The notes below the pieces were generated by a model. It was not told where the DNA came from, did not search any database, and saw nothing but the letters and a program-made list of their open reading frames with translations. Of a stretch of DNA of 64,000 nt, positions 55,201 through 63,000 are shown piece by piece (position 1 is the first letter of the stretch; every line of letters begins with the position of its first letter). Origin of the DNA: Chlamydiota bacterium (GTDB lineage Bacteria; Chlamydiota; Chlamydiia; Chlamydiales; Simkaniaceae); NCBI GenBank assembly GCA_021772245.1, contig JAJFMH010000002.1, positions 4,690 to 68,689 of the forward strand. Direction: 5' to 3'. The translations under genes were made by a program, and so were the position numbers.

Positions 55201-57902
55201 TTTGCACAGGTCCATCTGGCTCTGGTAAATCATCCTTTGCTTTTGATACGATCTTTGCCGAGGGGCAAAGAAGATATATTGAATCCCTCTCTTCTTATGC
55301 TAAGCAATTCATTAAACCCATGGAAAAATCCAAGGTAGAAAAAATTGAAGGCTTATCGCCATCTGTTGCAATTGAGCAAAAAAAACATGCAGGAAACCCA
55401 AGATCAACTGTTGGAACCATGACAGAGATCTATGATTACCTTCGAATACTCTATGCAAATTTAGGTGTAGCCTATTGCCCAGATACTGGGGAAAAAATTG
55501 AATCTATTAGCACAAGATATGTTGTAAACCATCTCCAAACAATGAGACAAGGCGCAAAATTCTATATTTTATCAAAGGTAGAACTGCATAATATTCCCTT
55601 TGAAGATGTGATTGAATCTCTACAAAGACAAGGGTTTCTACGTATTCGACTTAATAAAGCATACTATGAGTTAGATGATCAAATTCCGTATCAAAAAGAG
55701 AAGAAGAATGAACTTTTTCTTGTTATTGATCGAGTGGTTCTGCAACCCAAGATTGAAAAGAGACTTTTTGAGGCTGTAGAGAGAGCAGCTTCTTTTTCAA
55801 GAGACTGCTTTGTTGTTGATATCGATGGCAAAGATCACCTCTACAACCTCTCTTTTGCTGTTAAGAAAACAGGAAAGACTTATCCAAAAATCACCCCACA
55901 TACCTTCTCTTTTAATGCAGACGATGGCATGTGCAATGACTGTTTGGGACTTGGTTATGTTCTTGGAGCCAATTTATTATCTTTTCCTAAAATTCTAAAA
56001 ATGACACCTGTTTCCATTGTAGAAAAGCTGTGGAAAGACTACCTTACCGATGATGCCATTGAGCTATTTTTTAGTATATTGCACTTATTCGATATAGACT
56101 CAAAAACAAAAATCAAAGATTTATCTGAAGAAAAACTACAAATCCTCTTTAAAGGAGCACCTCAAGATAATTGGGTCGATTTTGATGGGTGCAAATATCG
56201 TTGGATTGGGTTGAATCACTTTTTTGAAAAGGCAGCAAAATCTAATAATCGCATGCTCAAAGATCGACTGCAGCCTTTTTTAAAAAAAACAACCTGTAAT
56301 ACCTGCCAAGGAGAAAGATTACACCCACTTGCTAGGAAAGTTGAAATTGATAAAGTTACTCTTCCCAAACTTTGTCAAATGTCTATACTTGAGACCAACT
56401 CATTTGTTTCGCGTCTAAAAGCTCCCAAAGAAATGGAACATGTTTTAGAAGAAGTACTCACCCAACTCAAAAATAGGCTCCGCTTTTTAATTGATATTGG
56501 AATCGAATACTTATCGCTCGATCGAGCAGCTCCGACTCTTTCAGGAGGTGAAACACAACGAATTCATTTAGCAAAACAAATTGGATCTCAAATAACAGGA
56601 GCTCTATATGTACTTGACGAGCCATCAATTGGACTGCACCCTCATAATAATCAGAAATTAAATGAAGCTCTTCGAAAACTTTGCAACCTCGGCAATACTT
56701 TAATTCTCGTCGAGCATGATCCATTAACGATTGAGGCATCTGACCATATTATTGATTTTGGCCCCAAAGCTGGATCCCATGGGGGAAAAGTCATTGCTGA
56801 AGGATCCTTTCAAGAAATCAAAGAAAACCCAGCATCCCTTACGGGTAGATACTTAAGTGGAAAGACAGAAATCTCTATCCCGAAAAAAACGCGTCCTTTT
56901 AAAGATACAGTTACTCTTCAAAATGCCTCTATTAACAATTTAAAAGGCATTTCAGTTGAGATTCCAACAAAGAATTTCGTTTGCATTACTGGGCTTTCGG
57001 GCAGTGGTAAATCGAGCCTTATGCATCAACTGCTAAAACCTATGATGCAACTAAGCCTTGCAAGTCGAGATCGAGAATCCCCTATAGAGTACTTAGGTGC
57101 TACACTCGCAAATCATGATCAGTGGAATAAAATGATCGCCATTGATCAAAATCCAATCGGCACTACCAATAGAGCCAATGTTTGTACCTATAGTGAGCTT
57201 CTAACGCCTCTGCGCCAATTTTTTTCCAGTATGCCGCTTGCTAAAACTAAAGGCTTAAAGCCCTATCACTTTAGTTATAATCACAAGAGAGGGATGTGTA
57301 AAACATGTTACGGACTTGGATACAAATCTATCTACCTTCAATATATGCCGCCCGTTAAAACAAAGTGCGATGCCTGCAAAGGCAACCGCTTGAACCCCTT
57401 AAGCCTAGAAGTTACCTATAAAGGTAAGAACTTGGGACAGTATTTAGATATTACCGTTGAAGATGCCAAGCAAATGCTTCCTCCCATTCCTAAACTTCTT
57501 AAGAGTTTACAGAGTTTAATAGATGTTGGGCTCGGATACCTTAAACTTGGACAAGACATAGCAACTCTCTCTGGCGGAGAAGCTCAAAGGCTACGCCTTT
57601 CACGAGAACTTGCCAAAAGATCTACCGGTAAAACGCTCTATATTTTTGATGAACCAACCATCGGTCTTCATTTTGAAGATATTGAAAAACTTCTCCCCAT
57701 TTTCCATTCTCTTGTTGATAAAGGGAATACCCTTATTATTATTGAACATAACCAAAATATGATTGCCAATGCTGATTATATTATTGATCTTGGGCCTGAT
57801 GCTGGTTATGGAGGCGGTGAAGTAGTTGCTACTGGAACACCTAAAGATATCATCCAAAATAAGAATTCTTATACTGGGAAATACCTCCAGGCAATTTTGT
57901 AA
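52257..57902 (+). CDS. uvrA: Excinuclease ABC subunit A, tandemly duplicated (two complete UvrA units fused, about 1881 aa)
   Basis: Four Walker A sites (GVSGSGKSSLAFDT, GVSGSGKSSLISQT, GPSGSGKSSFAFDT, GLSGSGKSSLMHQL), four LSGGE(A/T)QR signatures and the Zn-module cysteines are present. Unit 2 begins near residue 945. The ATG at 52257 is preferred over the track's TTG at 52242. Confidence 0.92.
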   Translation: MKKIDLKKVKVHNLKEVDLSLESQKLIIFTGVSGSGKSSLAFDTIYVEGQRRYVESLSSYAKRFLGDLTKPEAESITGISPTIAIEQKTVSKNPRSTVGTLTGIYDFMRVLFARIGTPYCPISQEPISFQSRDHIFHEVMKHTPAKGIFLSPYIQGKKGELKDVFEDLLRKGFMKIRLGKEIYDLSEEISLDKSKHHDIDIVIDRVVIEENNRSRIKEAITSSLDLGSGLMTLLIQTDNKEEEILFSEFAYSKKSKTSYPPLEPQDFSFNHPKGMCSACEGLGQTLDFDFDKIIDPKLSIKEGAVSIAGSYNTVRWGNIYDNLARLYKFSVDTPWEDLPKKNKDIFLNGVDKKWIKMRFVHPEKGNTWTDYVSWKGVIFEAKKRYADAKSDLYKANVEKLMSRLPCSACNQARIKPYPAACRLNGKTIKDLISMPLHDLLAFFENYALTNEEERIGSALIQEIKKRIAFLLNVGLFYLSIDRLSPSLSGGEAQRVRLASQIGSGLVGTTYILDEPSIGLHPRDNEKLIGTLKELRDKGNTVIVVEHDEGMMLQADQIVDVGPFAGVNGGEIISSGSLQDLVKNPKSLTGAYLCGKKSLPTFAKRVDAAKHTLTITGATLHNLKKVSLTLPLQKFIAITGVSGSGKSSLISQTLVPALLNELHDSRHKVGPYSEILGLEHIDKVISIDQSPIGRTPRSNPSTYIKVFDDIRNLFSSLPESKTNGFTVGRFSFNVKEGSCPNCSGMGQIRVDMDFMEDVWLSCPQCNGKRFDPKTLSILYKGKNINDVLEMSVEEAQSFFEATPPIRHKLDILLKVGLSYVTLGQSSVTLSGGEAQRIKLAKEIIRRDTGKTLYVFDEPTTGLHIHDIAKLLEILQELVERKNTVLVIEHQMDLVKAADYVIDIGPEGGFQGGKIMFEGTPENLSKKRSPTGIALKEAFAPKKIKPATISHDAEKKVTTIEVTNACQNNLQNVSLSLPRDKITVCTGPSGSGKSSFAFDTIFAEGQRRYIESLSSYAKQFIKPMEKSKVEKIEGLSPSVAIEQKKHAGNPRSTVGTMTEIYDYLRILYANLGVAYCPDTGEKIESISTRYVVNHLQTMRQGAKFYILSKVELHNIPFEDVIESLQRQGFLRIRLNKAYYELDDQIPYQKEKKNELFLVIDRVVLQPKIEKRLFEAVERAASFSRDCFVVDIDGKDHLYNLSFAVKKTGKTYPKITPHTFSFNADDGMCNDCLGLGYVLGANLLSFPKILKMTPVSIVEKLWKDYLTDDAIELFFSILHLFDIDSKTKIKDLSEEKLQILFKGAPQDNWVDFDGCKYRWIGLNHFFEKAAKSNNRMLKDRLQPFLKKTTCNTCQGERLHPLARKVEIDKVTLPKLCQMSILETNSFVSRLKAPKEMEHVLEEVLTQLKNRLRFLIDIGIEYLSLDRAAPTLSGGETQRIHLAKQIGSQITGALYVLDEPSIGLHPHNNQKLNEALRKLCNLGNTLILVEHDPLTIEASDHIIDFGPKAGSHGGKVIAEGSFQEIKENPASLTGRYLSGKTEISIPKKTRPFKDTVTLQNASINNLKGISVEIPTKNFVCITGLSGSGKSSLMHQLLKPMMQLSLASRDRESPIEYLGATLANHDQWNKMIAIDQNPIGTTNRANVCTYSELLTPLRQFFSSMPLAKTKGLKPYHFSYNHKRGMCKTCYGLGYKSIYLQYMPPVKTKCDACKGNRLNPLSLEVTYKGKNLGQYLDITVEDAKQMLPPIPKLLKSLQSLIDVGLGYLKLGQDIATLSGGEAQRLRLSRELAKRSTGKTLYIFDEPTIGLHFEDIEKLLPIFHSLVDKGNTLIIIEHNQNMIANADYIIDLGPDAGYGGGEVVATGTPKDIIQNKNSYTGKYLQAIL

Positions 57903-58017
57903 ATTATCTATAGAAATCTATACCATTATTTAGATGTTTTTCCATGCCAATATTATTATTTTTCAAAGGATTAATTCTTTCTTTCAAAAAAAGAATCTGG
58001 TTTGCTATTATCGGGTA

Positions 58018-58114
58018 GGTCGGGGACCTTATAGAATGAGGCCCTCTTACCCCGGTCAGAACTGGGAAGTAGCAGCCATAAGAGTAAAGCCACATGCTAT
58101 AAGTCTTCTCCGAC
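58018..58114 (+). ncRNA. ffs: Signal recognition particle RNA (small bacterial 4.5S type)
   Basis: GC-rich island in an AT-rich spacer. The conserved domain IV core GGUCAGAACUGGGAAGUAGCAGCC compares with E. coli GGUCAGGUCCGGAAGGAAGCAGCC. A long imperfect hairpin is closed by GUCGGGGA / UCUCCGAC, with further pairing of CUCUUA/UAAGAG and CUUAUAG/CUAUAAG. Confidence 0.85.
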
Positions 58115-58123
58115 ACTCATTCC

Positions 58124-59113
58124 CTAAAAATAAAATCCAAGACCTGCTAAAAATCCGTGATAGAGCACATCACCCTTGTGTTTTAAGCCCCTTCCCGACC
58201 TGTTTGGGGTAGCTAATTGATTCGGCGCTAGAATCATGTCAGAAAAATAAAGAAGTTCATAGTTGAGCTTTATATAAAACCAATCTGTAAAATAATAACT
58301 TGTATAATGCGTAGCTTGCCCCATATAGTTCACGTTCCAACCATTTGGATGTGAACTAATTAAAGTAACGCTATTGTCGTTATCTAGCACCGTTGTTTTT
58401 TGATCACCATAATTTGCAAGAAGCCCAAACTTTCCACCAAGAGCCCAAACCCAGTTTTTGATTGCGCACAGTTGAAAATCAAAGCCAACTTGTGGACCAA
58501 AAGTTTGTGATCTTGTTCCAACTTTATAGTCCGATACACTCAGGTCTCTTTGATAAATAAGTTTCAATTTTTCATTTACATCAGCATATCTACCACCAGC
58601 GAGCACTGTAAAGGAAAAGTAATCCACATTTCGGGGTGTCACATGATAGAGGTAATTGAGTTCTGATGTCCATAAAGAGGATCGGTACCGCCCCTTAACT
58701 TTGGTTGCTTTAACGTAATCTAAGGTGTCATTTGGAATAAATGTATTCCCCACTTGCTTAACAAACGGGTAAAAGAGTTTTGTACCAGAATAGGTTTTAT
58801 TGCCTTTCCATTGAAAATTTCCAAGATAAGCTCCCTCTAAAGAATGCTTTTGATTGTGCAAGTAAGATGCTGTAATTTTAAACCCAGGCTCAAAATCCAT
58901 GTGGTGAACAAGATCTTTTGCTGTCATTTTGCATGGAGTAATGACTTCGTTCTGAATAGATTCATTTTGTTTGACAAGACAGACTTTTTTAGCTTTTGCT
59001 CTTTTGAAGTAAACAAACTCACCATCAATTCTAAAGTGGTGTTCCACTTCATTTGCTGCAAATAAAAAACTTGTGCATGTTGCTAAAAGAAAACAGAGCG
59101 AAATCGCGCGCAT
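58124..59113 (-). CDS. Putative beta-barrel outer-membrane protein (porin-like; Legionella-MOMP/chlamydial MOMP-like class)
   Basis: Signal peptide MRAISLCFLLATCTSFLFA, alternating amphipathic beta-strand pattern, and a C-terminal OMP signature ...GFLAGLGFYF ending in Phe. Confidence 0.55.
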   Translation of the reverse strand: MRAISLCFLLATCTSFLFAANEVEHHFRIDGEFVYFKRAKAKKVCLVKQNESIQNEVITPCKMTAKDLVHHMDFEPGFKITASYLHNQKHSLEGAYLGNFQWKGNKTYSGTKLFYPFVKQVGNTFIPNDTLDYVKATKVKGRYRSSLWTSELNYLYHVTPRNVDYFSFTVLAGGRYADVNEKLKLIYQRDLSVSDYKVGTRSQTFGPQVGFDFQLCAIKNWVWALGGKFGLLANYGDQKTTVLDNDNSVTLISSHPNGWNVNYMGQATHYTSYYFTDWFYIKLNYELLYFSDMILAPNQLATPNRSGRGLKHKGDVLYHGFLAGLGFYF

Positions 59114-59169
59114 TCATCCCTCTTGGATATCGATCTAAAAAATCCAACAGTACAAAAACAAAGTAATAA

Positions 59170-59811
59170 TTACAATTTTTGCATTTCTTTTTCGCGAAAC
59201 TCTTTTTCTTTTACATAAAGAGTGGATAAAAGTGCATTTTCAGCGTTGATGCCCATATCATGAGCTTTGTCTACGAGCTCAAAAAGAGCCTCTCCAAGAT
59301 CTTCTTCTGACTTTATTTCCGTATTTTTTCGAATAAAGTGAGATCCCGCTTTTTTCATGCGCTTCCACATTTTCTGGGCTCTTGCTAAAGCATTCAGTGA
59401 CTTAGGAATACCATCTAACACACTTGTTCGATGATTCTTTTCGATTTTTTTGATGCGTTCCCAGTGATAGATCACCTCATCTATTTTAGTAACTTTGATA
59501 TCTCCAAAAACATGAGGATGACGCCGAATCAATTTTTCTTTAACAACCTCTATAATCTCTTCCATCGTAAAACGGTTTTCTTTCTCGGCAATCTTAGCGT
59601 AGAAAATAATAGTATAAAAAAGATCCCCAAGCTCTTCCTTAATGTGGTTGTCATCCTCCTCTTCAATAGCCTCTATGATCTCATGAGCCTCCTCCAACAA
59701 ATAAGGCCTAAGGCTTTTAAAATTTTGTTTTAAGTCCCATGGACAACCACCCTCAGCATTTAACTTATTTGCAACCTCGATGAGTTCATCAAATTTTTTC
59801 ATAACAACCAA
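59170..59811 (-). CDS. mazG: MazG-family nucleoside triphosphate pyrophosphohydrolase
   Basis: CPWDLKQ....L.PYLLEEAHE..EAIE and EELGDLFY......A are present. The alternative start is at 59802 (MKKFDEL). Confidence 0.85.
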   Translation of the reverse strand: MVVMKKFDELIEVANKLNAEGGCPWDLKQNFKSLRPYLLEEAHEIIEAIEEEDDNHIKEELGDLFYTIIFYAKIAEKENRFTMEEIIEVVKEKLIRRHPHVFGDIKVTKIDEVIYHWERIKKIEKNHRTSVLDGIPKSLNALARAQKMWKRMKKAGSHFIRKNTEIKSEEDLGEALFELVDKAHDMGINAENALLSTLYVKEKEFREKEMQKL

Positions 59812-60086
59812 TTAAAATTTAAAATTCAATATTCTATTATATCTGAGAATCTTGAATAAGAACAAATTTTTTAAACTTTTACCCTAAGATTGCATTTATT
59901 TTCCTAAAGGCGTACGATACTTCATTAATAAAATTTATATTTACAAACTCTTAAATTAAAATAATTTAATATGTTTATATTATAAATCAATTTTGTTATT
60001 ATATTTATCTAAAGTAGTTTGATTTTGTTTCAACAAGAAGCAGTCTTGATTGAATTAAAAACACTAAAAAAATAATTGGTATTCAA

Positions 60087-63000
60087 ATGAGCTCAGTTGA
60101 AAATAATCTTATACGAGGCCTAGATTTAGCGACCGCCCATACCGGTAATGACAATCCTACTAAACTACGAAGAACTAATTCCGAATCTAATTTAGGCTAC
60201 TCTGCAGAAAACATTACTGCTGATGTTAACGATATTTTGAGCACCAGAAGAGCGAATAATGATGACATTGACGGCATGTCCCAAACCTCTGCTGCTTTAT
60301 CTGATATTACAGAAACAGATGAGGGTGACGATGTTTTTGTAGACGCTGTCGAAACACAAGACGCTGATGGTTCCGATTCCGAAGACAATACACTTCTACC
60401 AGGTCCTAATGAGGATAACGATGTTTTTGTAGACGCTGTCGAAACACAAGACGCTGATTCTAATTCCGAAATTGAACACATAGACATTACATCTCTAGAT
60501 GATATTGAACCAGAAATGCGAATTGATTATGCAAAAATAGGAGGCTACGTTGCTTCCGCAGCTACTGCAACATTAATTGCAACTGGCAACTGGGAGCCTG
60601 TATATGAAATAGCCACAAGTTTTGTAAGTAATGGATTATTTTGCCTTATCCCTGTAGCAGGTCTTGCGACTTACAGAAGTCAGGAATTAATCTTAGCCGC
60701 TTGTACTAGATTTAAAGACCGCCTAGTAGATACCACATTAAACGGTATTGATAATGCTTTAAATGGTCCTCAAACAGAGGGAAGCATTACATATGATCAA
60801 ATATCTAATCTGAATACACTAATATTAAACAACGCCCCTCAAAAAGAAATTACACCTGCAATCGAACAACTTATACCTCGGATTCCTGAAACGACATTAA
60901 AAACTGTTTTAACCCGTAGTGTTAATAACGGCGCAGATATCAATCCTGCTCATTTAGAAGAAACTCTAGAGAAAATTGCAAGAGATGAAGGCGTTGCTTT
61001 TCGATTGGGATTAATTGCTAAAAAAACTATTACTAACAGAACTTCTGCGTTATTAGCATCCGCAGTTGGAGAAGACTCATCTGCAGGCACTACACCTATC
61101 GAAACGCGCCCAACAAACCAAGTCAACGAGACAACAAATGAGCATGCGCAACCAACTCAACCCACAGTTGCTAGAACTTTACTTGCAGCTGCAGCAACTG
61201 GCTACCAAGAAGGAAATCTAGCTGGAAGACTGGGAGCTGCTGGCTTAAATATGGTCGCACAAGCTGCAACAAACGCTTTACTTGGACCCCTGCCTGCAAC
61301 ACCTCAAGTACGTTCTGACGATGCAACAAATACAACTGGAACAGAAGGGACGTTTATATCCTTTTTCTCAGCTGGATTGCAAGCAATCCAGACCTATTCT
61401 GGAGCAGCATTGACTCAATTTGCGGGAATTTTACTGAATCCATTAATTTTCCGCGCGAACACCTACTTACAGCAAACACCTAATGTTCCACAAGAAGTCA
61501 AAGATGCATTTGCTGCACTTGTCCCTCAAATTCACACTGCAATTGACTCAGGCGATCTAACTGAAATCACAAGAATTAGTAATGCAATATTAGATTTATC
61601 AAGAGATAATTTACTCTACTTTAATGGAATTGCATTTCCATATTCTGCTCCACCTGAAGACTCCCCAGCCAAACTTTATTGGGCTGAAAATCATTTAGCT
61701 GATGATGTAAATAACACCAAACGAGCTTTTTTCAATGCCGTTTGCAGCTATGTGCAAACTGATTTAGATGAAACTCAGAGGGCTCATATCGATACATCAA
61801 GTCCAGAAATGTTCTCCGATCTTATTGCAATTGATAGGGAGAGATTCACCCCCCTTCAAACTTTTTACAGCACCATTGGTACACCACCAACTGATGATCG
61901 AGCGTTTAATCTGAATCCAAATGCTTATCTGTTTGAAAAATTAAATGCTGCCAATCAAATTCTTGTGCAAGGTGTAGAAGGAGCTTCAGGAGTTTTAAAC
62001 CGAACTCTTATTAATTTAGCAAGAAATGTAAATATCGACAACTTGGTAGAGATAACAGATCAACTCAGAGAAACTCGAAGGACCCAACAACTTATAAGAG
62101 AAGAAATCTCCGGAACACCTTCTGAAAGAATTGCAGAAGAACAACAAAAGCTAAAACTAAATAGTAAAATGCGAGCAGTCTTTTACTGCATATACGAATA
62201 TATTTGTGGATGTGATTCAACAGACTATACTTTCTTTGATATCTGCAGCGCAGTAGAGCATAGTGATGATAAGGAACGAGCTTTTGAACACGGCATGATC
62301 AACGCCCTTTGGAATAAATCAGACCTATCATGGCCTAAATGGATTCTTGCAAGAACACTTTTTCCAATAGTTTGGAAAATTACTAATCTTTTTGTAGATC
62401 ACTCTGCAAATGGATTATTTGGAAATGTCGACCAGGAACTTGGAAATGTCACACGAAGCTCTACCTCAAGCATTACTACTCCCTTAGAGGCCGTAGGAAC
62501 ATATCTTGGTGACTTCGCAAAAGCGCAAGAAGCATATGGTAATAATAGTGATAATCTTGGGTCTTCTCAAGATGCTGAACTTACGAGAAGTATGTTATCA
62601 CCCTCATTTAATGATGGTCGGACACAGGAAGAGATTAACAAAGCAACAGCTCAGATTTTAAGTAATGACATTCCACCGTTTGGTTTTGTTAATTGGGTTG
62701 ATAATAAATTTAATGTTTTTGAATGGGCTGAAAGTACGCAATATGGATTAGAGCCACCAGCTATCGTAAAAGCGTTCAAATATGGTGTAGCATTTTCTCT
62801 TACAGCAATCGCTCAACCTTTTAAAGTGTTGGCTTGGCTATCTGAAAAAATCTCACTCGGCACTGTCCGTTATTTTGCAAGACGGATTCTTGAGGGTACC
62901 ATTGCGAATATTTCTGAGTCAGCGAAAGTTTCATTGCAAGACGACCCAGAACTCACTCTTGTTATCTACGATGAAATTGGGAAAGTGTTAAAGCTTGCTT

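Noticed and set aside
57974-57996. Hairpin ATTCTTT-N9-AAAGAAT after uvrA as an intrinsic terminator
   Set aside because: The stem is AT-only, 7 bp and not followed by a U-tract. That is too weak to call, although it may still contribute to 3'-end formation before ffs.
57904-58212. Track ORFs 57904-58116 (-) and 57934-58212 (+)
   Set aside because: Both overlap the SRP RNA hairpin, and their openness comes from the GC-rich structured RNA. There are no RBSs and no recognisable protein features.
60197-60487. 96-aa minus-strand ORF (Ser/Thr-rich with internal repeat)
   Set aside because: It is antisense to the 5' end of the >1304-codon plus-strand ORF, and its internal repeat is simply the reverse complement of the 41-nt FFAT-encoding repeat. 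The same reasoning applies to 62966-63187 (-).
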